A stretch of 63,892 bases of DNA, filler included, from Choristocarpus tenellus KU-1152 (GCA_964200185.2; 7 parts of 7 records of this genome joined end to end with filler, not necessarily neighbours in it), one strand, 5' to 3'; counted from the whole stretch's first letter, positions 40,700 through 54,562 are shown. Translations and numbers: made by a program. Notes: generated by a model from the letters alone, not told the origin.

Positions 40700-43600
40700 G
40701 TTTCAGGGAAAAGCCACTTCAATATCATAACAACCCCTGTAAAGAGAAAGTTTATGAAGTAATCTGAGTTTTGTGGGCGGAAGAATTCTGGTTGGCTGGG
40801 GGAACAGGACAAGGGAGGGTAGGGGAAAGAAAAAGAAAAGGTAGGCAAGGGGTGAACGAAGAGTTAAGTACTGAGTGATTAGGAGGTAGAAGAGGCAGAA
40901 GAGAAGTTAAAGAAGTGGTTGGTAGGTGAAGGAATATCAGCATGTATGTAAAGGAAACCGAGGGCTGGTGGTACAAGACGAGGAGGGGCTAGAACAAGAC
41001 AACCTCCGAGCAAGCTTTCGTCGGAATGGATCAAGGCAGAACCCAAGCAATCCTTCCTACAGTTGAAAGAGAGAAAAGCCCTGTAGAAAAGGCAGGGATG
41101 CTTGAGAACGAGAACTACGATTGGTAGGTAAAAACCCACAAACCAAGGGGGATGATGACCGTGACGATGAAAAACATTGTAGATAAGTATATGGTGGGAA
41201 TGGGACATGCGTAGTTTAGTGGGAGATGCAGACACAATGCAAGGGGTATCCGGGGAAATCTATAGAAGAAGAAATAACGAAGGACTGACCACAATGCTAT
41301 CAATGTTATGGTGGAGTGAAACAGGATAGACGCGTAAATGATTAATCAATCCGATTCCTGCGGTAGTGGTCCTGGCAGAGGTGGGAGTACATTTTATTTC
41401 TGTAGGTTATAAACGCTAATACTTTATAGGTTGGCACAGACAGCAGGACGGAAATTGGTTGAGGGTCCTGCCAAAGTTACAGTGTAAAAGGTAGATGAGG
41501 ACGAGTAGTAGAGTGCACCGTTTATGTCACAAACATGGTTATCCCATGGAGTTCACGCTAAAAAGAGAAAAAATAATGGGTCAGGGTAGGAGTAGTGTAC
41601 CTGCGACAATCTTGTAGAGTAAGTGCAGTATATATATTGCTTGAAATGTAGAGCTAGGGCATATATCAGGTTATATCAATCGGTGATAGAGTGCATGGGT
41701 TGTTTTCCACCGCCTATATCGTTCACCCTAACCCATATGGCAAGAAAAATCGAACAGCGTGGGCTCATTGTAGGATGATGTAGAGAGGACCACCCCGTGT
41801 AAGGGTAACGGGTGGAAGGTACGTAGCTAGTAATGGGAAGTTTATTGGGCATAGGCACCCTGTGAATCAATGGTTATGTCAATAGGAGTAGTCATAGATT
41901 TTACGCAGCATAGCTACAAGCTGGGAGATAACGTGGTATAAGAAACAAAATAAGTAAGAAAACTTGTATAGATATGAGTACTGAAAGAGGGCACGTGGTA
42001 GGTGGGGATTTTTAGGTGGAGTGACCGCCACGAAATTATGTAGAGATATTTTCAGAGTACTGGATGAGGACGCGTGGTAGGTCGGGACTTGAGGTTTAGT
42101 GAATGCCACGAAAGTAAGAATTAGGGATGGGGAGTAGGTGAATGGTCGGCGATATGATGATTAAAAACGAGATGCGATAGTTAAAAGAAAGGGACTGGGT
42201 GAGAGCCAGTTCAAGTCAATAAAAGGGGTCGGGGGGGGGAAGAGATTCAGGTCACAATATGGGGAAAATCAGATACGATGGTATGGCATGAACGTCTCCA
42301 ACAGTTTGAGTTGCACAAGGAGTGGAAATGGATGTGTTCAATTGAAAGGAAGATATATGAATAATATGCTGCATTTCCCTCATTGTTCATTTTAGAAGAT
42401 AAATATATATACTTGTATTTTTCTTGACTCCTAATTAAAACCAGCCGAGTCAAAGCATTAAGTATTACAGATTCCATCTCAAACTGTCAAGTAGTAAAAA
42501 AAAGAAAGTAAAAGGGGAGTTCAATGTCAGAAATGCAAGGAGTGTGTGGGTAGCCAAGACCATGGGGGTACTAAGACTGATCTAGAATCTAGACTAATAC
42601 ATACACATTACACGTTATAGTCCTTAGGGAACCCATCCAGACTAGTCTCTACCAGATTACGCAAGGCAATGCTGAAAAGGGTGCATGAAAAACATTTGAG
42701 CAATGGGTTGATCCCTGAATAGGGGTGGGAATGTGGACTTTTGAATACAGATACAGCACAGACATTGGATGGAGGTGATCTCCAACAACCTTCCAGGGTA
42801 AGAGAAGTTCAAAAACGTACAGAGGGAGGGTGGGGGATAGACTTGCGAAACTACTAATCAAAATCAGCTGAAACCTGTCAAGGCATTAAGTGTTACAGAT
42901 TCCATCCCAAACTATCCAAGGTAAAAGAAGGGAATTTAATGTCAGATATACAAGGAGTGTATGGGTAGCCAAGAATTGGGGTACCAAGTGTGAGGAGGTA
43001 TAGCCGCAAGTGATAGAACCCAACAACAACATTAAGGGACTTTATGCAGGCGTAATGTACCATACCCCAAGGATAGTTCACCGGAGACTAGGTGGCTTGG
43101 GCAAATTATTTTTTCCTCCAAATCTATATAAAAAGGAAACTAAGGTGGGTCATAGATACAGCGAGTCTGCCTTGGGGTTTTATTTTGGCCGCTGGCCTAC
43201 CCGTTGAGAGCACACGAGGGGGGAGGGTTGCTTGGGTGACTAGCGGGAAGGGGGGGGTCAGAGGGGATAGACATAGACCAGGGATTATATTCTCAGGGGA
43301 AGAATAGTGGAGCAAAGTATGACAGCCCATGGGGGTGGTCAGAGAGAACAGAGTGCAGGGGTGAAAGGAAACAGAGAGGTCCGGATAGGTAGGGAATTGA
43401 AGGAAGACTTGTATGGGTGGGGATGGGTGGCAGGACCAGGGTTGGTCGAAAGAGGAGAGAACTTGAGTTTCCAGTTATGAGATATGTGGTTAGACCACCA
43501 GAGACGGCAAGTACTCAACTGCGTGCTTTTCGGAAGTAGGAAGTTACAACGTGGAGATGGGTAAGTAGTGGATGTATGAGGACCCGGAGAGTGTGAAGAA

Positions 43601-43900
43601 GGATATCAATTAAAGGGGGATGAAAGGAGAGGGGGGGAGTATGTCAATCATTGTATTAGAATGGTTGGGGAGGAGAGTGAATGCAGGGGTAGTGATATTG
43701 AAGATAGGGAAAGGATAAAGAAGGGGGATCCAGTATTAGGAAGATGAGACACCAAGTCTGCAGTGCATTGGTTTGTAAGGGTGGAGGGGGCAAGAGATAA
43801 GAGGGCGGGAGGATTGATGAGAAGGGTTAGGGTTAAAAGATTGAGGTAGCAGGCGAGATGTCATTTGCAGCAGAACACGTTAATGGGAAGAAGAATGATC
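40700..43900 (-). mobile_element. Probable highly decayed retroelement-like sequence (strong purine skew on + strand, internal ~100-bp duplication)
   Basis: About 3 kb of G/A-rich plus strand with no splice-compatible exons; 42466-42575 resembles 42893-42988; no intact domain recognised. Confidence 0.3.
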
Positions 43901-43980
43901 AGATAGATGGGATATCAAGTTCGAAAAAGGAAAACACTCAATCTAACCTCCAACATGCTTGTCCATACGTTGGCTGGCGG

Positions 43981-44083
43981 GGTTGACTAAGGATCAGTGG
44001 CGAAGGGGTCGCACTGGTTGGTCATCAAATGTGGGGGGTGACTTGAAATCAATGTCGGAAGGGGTTCGCACTGGTTGGTCATC
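43981..44083 (+). repeat. Tandem ~56-bp repeat array (2 units)
   Basis: gaaggggt(t)cgcactggttggtcatc occurs twice. Confidence 0.8.
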
Positions 44084-46387
44084 TTTCCTTACGTTCTGGT
44101 CATTCATTCTTATCTCGTGCTTCGACCAACCACGTAGAACTTAACTCTTCGTCTAACCTTTGATATTTTTCACGTTCCCCTCATCAACCCTCCCTTCCTT
44201 GTACGTTAGTCCTACCAGAATTCTCCCGCCTGGGAACTTAGATTGCTCCATAGACTTCCCTACTTACAGTAGAATCCCGAAATTTAGGTTACGATATTCA
44301 ACGAGAGTGGTAACATATAAAATAGAAGGCATGGCCATGACGTGGCCGGTCTGAATGTAATAAATATTGCCTGACCAGCTATCGATAGAATGTTCTAATG
44401 GGGCCAATTCCATGGCTATCTTACTCAACATGGTCGGGCCCACTGGGCGGAAATATACAACCAAGTTCGAAAATGACCGAGTCCATGGCCATTGACGACT
44501 ACCGTATTTACACACGCTATCTTAATATTATGTGTATCTTGCTACGTACATAAGTACTTCTTCATGTGTACAAATAACGACATTTGCTATATACAGTACT
44601 TCAAAGCATCTCATTATGTGCACAACAATGGAAACTGGTTGATCAAGAAGTTAACAAGAAATTTGGAGTACGAGGAGGAGAGAGTAGCAACAATGAGAAT
44701 AGGCAGAATGTAAGGCCCCCATCAAAATCTTGAGGAAGAAGGACAAAATGAGGCAAAACAAAGGCAACTTCTGAGCAATCTTTGTGCCGGTATGACGAAA
44801 TTGGATAATCGGGAGACAAATTCTGCCCTTCCCGCAGGACAGACCTGTTAGACGACCAGAGGGTGAACAGGGGAGGGGAGAGGGATAAAAAGGAAGTGGT
44901 CAGATAGAGGAGGCCAAGGGATCCAGAGACAAACCCCTTCAAGCTACTGGTTTGCCAAGTTCGGGAGGATATATGGAGCAGGCAGTACAAGAGAAAGAGA
45001 ACCCAAGGAATTGTGAGGGAAAAGAAAGGGAGGGAGAGCGAAAAGGGGAACAGAGAAGGAGAAGATATCGTCAAAATAACTCGCGAGAACCAGCAGACGC
45101 TATTTTAATATGTGTCAGGGACAGGTCGCCTTTTTGGGATCTCCTGACACTGATAAGGATAATACGCGCATTCATACACATTTGTGCGCGCCACCTTTTG
45201 CCATTGAGGTCAGGCTAATGTTGAAATATTCCACACTGGACCTGCGGCTTTGGTGCTTTGATGAAGGACGGTGAATAGCTTGATGTAGATGTGCAATGTT
45301 AATATTACAAGGGGCTTGTGGTATCAATTCCGTTGACTGAATTGGTGGGTGAGACGACCCTAAACAATCATTACTATTCCTATAGTGTGGGGTTTGCAAT
45401 CGTCCACACTAATTTACTATGAATCAATTATTTACTTGTCGTAAGTATGGTAAGTGCATCTTGAACATAACACCCAATTCAATGGACACTACAATGAGAC
45501 AGGACACTATCTACGAACAGCCAAGTGATGTGATGCGGGTCAGACGCACGACTGGCTCGCGGTACCCTCGACATGAACGATGGATTCAAACCGTCAAAGC
45601 CAGAGACTGTGTTTTCTGTATTGACTGTTCACAATCAATCACAGTGAAGATTAATCCACAGCATGCCTCAGTCTCATCTCTCACTTCCTTTCTGAACCTT
45701 ATCTCTGGTGGTGCTAATCACCCCCCATCACACAGAACCAGGCCCAATAACATATTTTGTAGATTTGTGAACAGAAACGAAACTATAATGGTTCAACTTG
45801 CGACCTCAGGAAAGAACCGACCCCCAACCCCACTAGAAGTGATCCAAACGGTTGGGGGGGAAAGCGAAGCATTAGGAACATAGGAGTTTCTCAGTTTAGA
45901 GTTGAGTATTGAACCCAGAGTGAGACTTCCTAGAAACGGACCTTTTTGCCTGTTGAGTAATGCTAATCTCGAACCGTGTCATGGACGTGCGCACTCTCTT
46001 CTGGCTTCTCATGGTCCAGCATAAATCCTATGCAAGTACTTTGTGAATCTTAACTTTTAAACTTCCTTTACTAATACCCTTTAAACTCTCAAGGCCGACG
46101 AAGAACACCTATTTTATCGTCCTGGTGCACTTACTTGCCCTACTCTGTTCCTGCGGTGACAGTGTGTCAGAATATATGTCATGAAGATTCTTCTAGATGC
46201 CGAAGAACTTTCATCACCAAGAAACTCAGAGTTGTAAATTTGGGAAGTTCTTTCAGACAGAAATTGAACCATGAATCTTATTGGTCTGTCCACTTCCAGT
46301 CCGATGCACCTTCTTCATTCCAACATCAAATCTGTTCTGAGCCATCACTCACTGCAACAACAACAAGGAAGCACTGAATAGAGTGAG

Positions 46388-46570
46388 CACATCCCTCGAG
46401 GCGGGGGGGTTCTCTGCCTCATTGTCTATTGCCCTCGGTGGGGGTTGAGCTATCTATTCTAATGGAGTATTTGCTCTATGTGGTATAGATGTATTTATTA
46501 GCAGACTAAGTACATCCTTCTAGGCTGGGGGGTGCTCTGCCTCGTTTTCTATTGCCCTCGGTGGGGGTTG
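46388..46570. repeat. Direct repeat of ~60 bp (2 copies)
   Basis: acatcc..aggc.gggggg..ctctgcctc.tt.tctattgccctcggtgggggttg at ~46389 and ~46511. Confidence 0.8.
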
Positions 46571-46803
46571 CCCTCTCTTTGTATCCATTGAGTACGTCAG
46601 CAGACACGTCAGAATGTGTCTGTATCACTCGCGCTACGTCAGCCACTTATATTAAGTAGATATAAGAAATCAATCTAGTACCAGTCACTAAACACGGATA
46701 AAACCATCTATAGACTACTTAGCCTATATTTGTATTGCTCACGAATTCTGTATATTTATTATTATTTGCTCATTCATAATTTGCCATTCCTCTATTCTCT
46801 ATT

Positions 46804-46943
46804 CCCCATTTGATGGCCAACCATTGCGAATGCCCTTCGTAAATGATTGCCAGCCATCCCACATTTGATGACCAACCAGTGCGAATGCCCTTCGTCACTG
46901 ATTGCCAGCCATCCCCACATTTGATGACCAACCAGTGCAAATG
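46804..46943 (-). repeat. Tandem ~56-bp repeat array (at least 2.5 units, truncated by gap), inverted relative to 43981-44083
   Basis: cccacatttgatgaccaaccagtgcgaatgcccttcg is the reverse complement of the 43981 unit. Confidence 0.85.
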
Positions 46944-47047
46944 NNNNNNNNNNNNNNNNNNNNNNNNNNNNNNNNNNNNNNNNNNNNTTAATTAATTAAN
47001 NNNNNNNNNNNNNNNNNNNNNNNNNNNNNNNNNNNNNNNNNNNACAG

Positions 47048-50000
47048 GCATGAAATTGAGGTATATCTTGCAACATCCTATCAAGTCTTCAACAGGTAAC
47101 CTGAGCTAACCCCCCCCCCTCTGGGATACTATTGAGGCTTACCTCGACTAGGATGTTGTTGGAGGCCTCTCCTTCATCAACAAAGAGGCACTACTTAGAC
47201 CCTAAAAAGGCCACTAATGCTGAGTGAGAGGTAAATATATGTGAAAATTTGAAAAAAAAAGGTATTTTTTTAGTCAGTTAGGCCCCACTAAGGTTGTGAA
47301 TCTCTGAACTGATCGGTTTTAATTTTTTGTGTTTAGAGTCACATGCTGCTGTCCATGGACAGTCCATTCATTTCCTCTAGCAACTTCATTTGTGTGTGTG
47401 CTATCCACCTCTGCTACAACAGCTGTGTCTCGCTACCATCTTGTTCAGTAGTGTGCTCCCTCTCCTTCATGCAAATGCCCCCACCGAATGACCAAGCAAA
47501 CCCCTTGAAGTTGACACTTGAAATCACTTCTACTCAAGGAGACTCCAGTGTCCCCTCTATGCTACAGTGACAGTACACTGAAGAAAATGAAGAACATCCT
47601 ACGATGTCTTTTCCAGTCACACTCCTATGGTGTGGTAGTTCAATGTAGGGTGTGGTTTGCCTATGTGCTTGCTGAAAATCAGGAATCCTTACCTTCCCTT
47701 TGTGCTCCCCTCTCCAACAAAATCTATGCCTATATTCCTCTACTAAAGGTACTCAGATTCTGGACTTCAGGATATTGTCGAAAATAATCACATTTCCAAG
47801 AACATAGTGATAAGCTGGGAAGACAAAAATAAAAGGCCAGAGGGCATCTACACGGAACGGATGGGCCTTGGTGCTGTGTGTGCAACCAGCTACATGAAGG
47901 TAGGTGATTGGGTATGTACTTAACATTCAGGCTCTTATCGAAATCCTCCTACTCCTCCATTGTCCGTTTTGCTGTGCATGGGTGCTGCTTCTTATTTTAG
48001 AGATGGATCAGATGGTAAGGTGTTGGTGGGTGGGAGGGTTGATCATGTCAGCGAAGGTTGCAGCTGGCCTTCTATCTTTTTGAACCTTTAGTAGCAAGAG
48101 ATACTTTTGACTGCGCTGAGTTCATTCAGAGGTAGTATGTACTATGCAACCTATATTATGTTGTGTTCTGGTGGAGTAGTATTTCACTCACGACCACACT
48201 ATGGTGAATATCCTTGTGATACATTTTTTCGTTTTTTTGTCCAAGCTGTGTGTTACTCTAGAGATAATTAACATGCTCCTCTAATAGAAGTTGGTGCTTA
48301 TTCATATGATATATTTTGACTGAAGCCTCTACTAGTTTATTCTCTGACACAGGTTGGGGTCATACAGTTGTTGTCTGAACCGATTTTGTTTATTATTATT
48401 CTAAAAAATAGTGCTGGAGAATTTTCAGCGTTTGGGTGGAAATTTCGAAGCACCTAACAAGGTTGCTCATTAATCGACACACACATAATATATATCTGAA
48501 TGAAAAGATCCTTGCTATCAATTATGACTGTTGGGTGATACCATGTAGTATGTAGTAGTAGTTGCAGGTCTTGGATGGAAGCAACAATATGGATGATATT
48601 TTGTTGGCAAACCCATTTTTTTGAAAGATTTAAGAGTACCTTGGGTGATGGTCGACCCTCAGGCTGAAGTCAGGGGCAATCGCAGTTATTGCCAGGCTGC
48701 AGGCATCGCTCAGCCTGATGATGCCTTCTCAGCCCCTTGACCCTACCGTGAGGAAAAGTTGGGTGGGGCAAGATTGATCAAAGATAGAGTTGACATGGAA
48801 GGGGCTACAGTAGGGGATGAAGGAGGAATGGACAAAGGTCCTGAGCAGACTGGGGTTGGCCTTTTTACTTTTCCCATGCGGGCTATCTTCCATCCTCCTA
48901 CCTATTACGTCAGCCTGTACTATTTTGTTCTGGGTTGGGGTTAGGTTTGGAGTTTCAACTAGGAAGGTGTTCTACCCTTGGCACAATTTCAGATGTTTAC
49001 CCCCCCCTACCCCCCAGTAATTTACGTAAATGGACTGGTGTATATTTTTTCTTACATTGATCATAAAAGAGTTTTTGGTAAATCGTTTCTAACGCATGCG
49101 AAAAATGTCATGGCGATGGAATTTTTCTAAAAATGGGCAGGTGACCTTTTTTCATGACAAGAAAATGACTCACAAAAGCGAGGGGGAAAAACCCTAAGAT
49201 TTGTTTTTCGAAGGCGAAGAATATTGCATCAAGTTATCTGGGTGATTAGTGCGTCTGTGCAGTGAATCTGGAATGGTTGGTGAGAGACTTGCGTTCGGTT
49301 GGTTGGTCTCCTCGCAGAAGAATGTCTTCTGAACTTGCAAAGGTCCACAGATACATCAATTTAGTACAACTGAAAGTACATTTCATGTTCTGTCATTTCA
49401 ACTTCTTTTTTTTTGCATGTTATTTTGAGCGTGGAGAAAGTATTCCAGTGAGGGAAAAAGATTTGAGTGAAGTTTTGAAATAGTTTGATTTTTGCTCTGT
49501 CAAGGGCAGAAAGTTGGACATCATAAACTTGGAATATGTTTTGAAGCCTATCATCTCATGTTCTCACCAACGATACTAGTATCCAATAAGTGCAATCATC
49601 CATTGTGCAGTTTCCCCCGAAATATGAGGGAGAGCTGATCCTCGAGAATGAATTCTCTGGATTTCAAAGATGTCAGCAATAGACTTGACGACCAAGGGCA
49701 AGGCCTCGACTGGTAGGAACGCGTTTCTATGTTTGTGGAATTATCTATACATGAGCTTTATTCACATAAATATACGATCCACTCCACCAGTCCACATGTT
49801 CTCACCAACACCAGACAAAAAGGTGACGCGCCAACCGTAATACTGCGACGTGTAAGCCTCAGGGCCATGGGACAGCAATGACTCCGCAGTTAGTAACATT
49901 TTCTAACATCATTGGTGTGGAGCAATGTGCGTCGACCCATGGCCAGATCCACCCCCGCAAGGACCTCACTCAGTTCTTGGACATCGACTTGGTCAGACAG

Positions 50001-53000
50001 GACCTGCCACGAGGCACATGGAAGCACGCTCCTTCTGCGACCTTGTCTTGGAGATGCACATCGATCGAGTGGGTTGTATTGGTGATCGGTATGGTATGAA
50101 GCCTTGCCTAAATTCTCATCTGGAAGCAGTGGAGATGGTTGGGAAGTATTGGGATAGCATGGAGACTATGGTCGCGGGGAGGGCGCACAGTAGAGCAAGA
50201 TTAGTTCGTTTTCGTAACTGATGTTGCCTGATACAGCCCTGATATGCAGAACGAAGGGTCAAAAAGGGCTACGGACAAGGCCTACGCGCAACTACGCGCA
50301 ACGGGTATACGACACTAAATAAAATGTTAACGCTGACCATAATACTTTGTTCAAGAATTTCTGTAGATTCGAGGTGGGAGGACGAAGTGATCTGGTGTTC
50401 TTCTATCCAGCAGATTCTTTTATTAGCTGCTCTCAAAAATTCTTTAGCAGGTGATTATTGTCAGTGTTAAAACCAAGGCCAGTGCCTTACACCAATTCCT
50501 CCTAGGCCTGGTCCGAAGCCTTCCTTGGGCTTCTGCAAATCACTCAAGCTCATTTGTAAAAAAGCGCCACCTTTCTCTCCTTCCAGAATACTGCACCAAG
50601 AACATGACAGCTTGGATGACGGCCAGCCTCTCCAAAATCTGCAGATATAGCAGAGCAGCTATCGATCGATCAGAGGGAAAATAACTCTGCAGTCGTAGCA
50701 GATGGAGGAATGTGTGTGGGTGAGGGCATGTGTGCAAGTGCATGGCGCAGTTGGTTAGAATTGACATGGCCGGCTCTTTCAAGGACTGGTATCAACTGGA
50801 TTTGGCACAGAAGATGACATGAGCTGTATGGTGGAACGCTCTATGGTGGGGCCGAAGGAGTTGCCTACCTTGGCTATGTATGTATTCTCCATGCAACCAG
50901 CAGCTGCTGGTTAAAAGTGCAAGTTGAGCGTGTACAAGAAGGTCTTGGGGGGCAAGCACTTACATATGGGTCCAAAAGATCATGGAAAATGTGTATACTT
51001 ATGTGCCAACCTTGAACTGATACACTGGAAACACACTAAGGGTGACAAGGCTTATGCTCACAAGAATATGGAGTGGGATAATGATGACATCTTGTTGGGG
51101 TGGGGTTCGGGGTCATGCACTGAGAGCAACAGAGACAGTCACTTGGGGGATTCTGACAATGATGAAGATATGATGGTCCATATTTGATACTGCCTCTATG
51201 TAGGATGTATGGGGTGTCCAACAATGCCACAAAGACATATTCCTGATATCTTGATGGAATGGTCAAGGACGTCAGACAAGGTCAGCGCTTACTAGTGGGC
51301 AGTCAAGAGTTAAAGTAGCCATCGCTTGACATCGTTGCGTCATGTGGTTCTGAACACGATATATGTCAGTATCAGCTGTGTCAGGTTGATGCCATAATAG
51401 CCATGAAATTTTCGTTGTGTTATCCACACTGAACCGAAGGAGTCTAGCGACATGATGAAACGATCAGTGTAATTATTGGAAGCAGTCTAAAACCCAATAC
51501 AACTGTTGCTAAAATATAATCCATATCTATTGGAAGCAGTTGAAGAACACTATAAAATTTCAATAGTTTTACAACAATATGACTTTTTAGGGGCCATTTT
51601 ATCGCATCGTTCAATAAGTTTATTCTGAGGGTGTCACAATGATGTGGTTTACAATGATGAGAAGGGTCTTCATACCCAAGTACAGTTTGCCCATTGTTAT
51701 ATAGATTATCAGGCAGCCCATAGGTTGGGAGTGACATCGAAGGGACAGTGTAGACCCAACACCTTTGTCTAGCACTGTGATAAGAGCTGTTTTCAACAGA
51801 TTGTGCATGTTGAAATGTCCTGGCCAATCCATTTTAGTCATCGAGCCAAAAAATCACCATGTCACACACTAATGCATTGTGTAGAAGAATTTTTAAAATA
51901 TGGTGTACACTAGGTCACACTTTGCAGATGTTATTGACCATGCCTATCCTCATGAACATTTCAAATTGTGTTAAAACTCAGAAGGTTGCAGTAGGAATGT
52001 TGAGTCAAATGTTTTTGCCCCTTTTTGCCTAGAGCAGCCCGTGTGGCAAACTTTCACAACGATCAAACCAAACTAGAAGTTGAAAGAAATGGATATTGGC
52101 ATGGTTCTGCTTTACTTCCAAAATATAGTGGCCTCAACTTACCCTGTCCCCTGTCAAAATGAAATTTGTCAAATCTCAAATTTCATAAATTTCATAGATT
52201 TAATGCTTTATTCTATTGACATGGGAGTTTAGATTTTATAGTAGGGCATGTGGCCTACATATGAAGGGCTTAGTCAAGGCAAATGCAAGGTAGAATCACT
52301 TGTGACATGACCTACACCGGCAACCACTCTTTCTGCGATGTTGTAACCTGTGCTAGGCCTGTTTCTTGTTTGAATAGATCTATTTCTTCCTCTTGTTGTC
52401 TTACGATTTTTGGCACCACAAGTCTAGAGTGATACATTTCTCAATGCTTTGCTTCTAATGTTGATACAGTTGAAGTCTATTTACCTTGCCACCAAGACAA
52501 GCCAGGGAGATGTAGAGCACTTGGACAAGCTCAATCAATCTCGGAGGATTGCCATGAACATGGAGAAAATTCTGGAGGGCTTAATCTCCAAGATTGGTAC
52601 CTTTGGTATGGGCTCTGGGCTTGGTCCTACAATGGCCTCTGCAAACCTTGCTATCGCCAGGTGCTTGTGTGATGAGGGCCTGCATTTGGCAGGCATTGCC
52701 CTCTGTTTATGTTTGAGGGGATCTCCTTACATGACAGGGTGTTTTATCATTGATTAAATTCTCTCTGGGGGTTGTTTCTGTATTATAGTGTTGACATCCC
52801 AGCACTCTTACCCCCCAATCTCCTTCTGACATGCTTTTGTGTACGAGAATTCTATTTTGTTAGCTTTGAGTGAATAGGTGCTTGTGTGTTTCCTTTCTTG
52901 TCTGCAACCTGGTAAAAGAGTTGGGTATACATACGTTGTTTTTTTCTTATCCTTCTGTGCATTCGCATTTGCTTGCAAGTGATATCTTCGGCTTAATGTG

Positions 53001-53392
53001 TGTGTGCACTGTACTGCTGAATGGTGGAGTACTTGGTGATGATGTCCGGTGGGTCCATCGCCTGATCTTTTCCATCCTGTACCTGTGCTCCCCTTGTGTA
53101 GGACTTTTATTGAAGTCTTCCCTACATACGCTTCCAGTTGCACAGTGACTTGTTTGCTGGGTGCTCTTCTCAGATCATTTTATCAGTCTCTCCTCATTTC
53201 CACCTTGATCCTCCCTTCAGTTTCCTTGCATTGCCTCCAGGGATACCGCTGGCTCTCTGGGCACAAGTGGACCGCTTCATTGAGGCACTAGAGCTCTTTC
53301 CTGGGCTCCCTCGCTTAGGTCTGGCAGTGCACCGTACTCATGCCCTGGCTGCTTTCTGCTTTTACAATGGGCAAGAGGGACGCTACACTAAG
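47048..53392 (+). CDS. Uncharacterised multi-exon protein, partial (predicted helical)
   Basis: Phase-consistent exons 47048-47095, 47749-47899, 48001-48014, 48663-48747, 52470-52692, 53241-53392 give one open frame (HEIEVYLATSYQVFNRYSDSG...SYMKRWIRWLKSGAIAVIARL...LKSIYLATK...GIPLALWAQVDRFIEALELFP...). No family recognised. Confidence 0.6.
49000..51290 (-). pseudogene. Probable decayed transposon relic inside a large intron
   Basis: Broken coding-like stretches with many stops inside a 3.7-kb intron; faint resemblance to KDZ-type transposase motifs only. Confidence 0.25.
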
Positions 53393-53916
53393 GTGAGCTG
53401 GGCATGGCCAGATGCTTGCCGTGCCAAGGGTGGGGTGGGTGGTCCAAGTTGTAGTCAAAGGAATGTACTTGTTCTACTTACGTATCATAAGTTGCACCTT
53501 GCTCTAAGCTTGGTTGCAGGTAGTTGCTCGTGGTATTCCACTTTTTTTGGTGAGAGCTCTCGTAATATTTTTTATTTTTATCATTGATCAACAAAGGTTC
53601 CAGGTACCCCCCATACTGGACTGCAATGATCATATCACCACGACACCGATATTGAACGAAAAAACTGGAAGAATGTCATTTTAAGAACGTGCTAGTATGG
53701 TAATACATGTTTTACGCACATATTATTATTATTATGTATTATTATTATCCTTGAGCATGTGCTTTTTGTCAATTTATTTTATACTGTGGACAGTTGGAGG
53801 TGTAAGTATGTATTAGTTTTCACATGTATGGAAAAGTGCAGGTAGTGGTCATGAACCTAAGGCATTACTGTACCTACCTAGCATGCCTGCACAACCGCAT
53901 ATGTGGCACCTGACGT

Positions 53917-54175
53917 GAGTGAAAGTATCTTAGAGGGTACGAGTTTTGCCCTGTTTGTCTGTTTGGGGCTTGGCTTCCCACGCGGGTTCTTCATGACATT
54001 TTCCTACTCCCAAAATGTTTTGGAGTAGGTAAAATGTGTATGTTTAAAAAAGATGTGTTTTGAACAAGGGTATTGACACTGCTTAACAAATATGATAGCC
54101 AAAATCACATCAAAATCGCAACATTGGATTTGGCTACCAAATGGATGCAGCTCCGCCCTCTAAGATACTTTAATC
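53917..54175 (+). mobile_element. MITE family A, full copy
   Basis: gagtgaaagtatcttagagggta ... ccctctaagatactttaatc; flanks acgt/ccgt. Confidence 0.85.
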
Positions 54176-54530
54176 CCGTATGTGTAGCGACCGAGAATCT
54201 CTGCACTGTTGTATGTTAATCCTGTAGAATTTTATTGTCCGGATGTATTGTCTGTGCTCTTGTATCTATTGATGCAATAAGCCAGAGTTCTAGCCACCTA
54301 CTTCCCCCCCCCCTCCCCCCCCCCCTTGCCCTTTTCCCTAAGACACTACCTTGTCCATGCTTTACCCNNNNNNNNNNNNNNNNNNNNNNNNNNNNNNNNN
54401 NNNNNNNNNNNTTAATTAATTAANNNNNNNNNNNNNNNNNNNNNNNNNNNNNNNNNNNNNNNNNNNNCCCCACCCCCCACCCCCCCCCAAAAAAAAAAAA
54501 AAAATTCTAAAAACCCCCCACAATTTTTTT

Positions 54531-54562
<32 letters not shown>

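Noticed and set aside
43981-46943. CRISPR-like array
   Set aside because: Whole units including the 'spacers' are homologous, copies are few, the context is eukaryotic and no cas genes are present.
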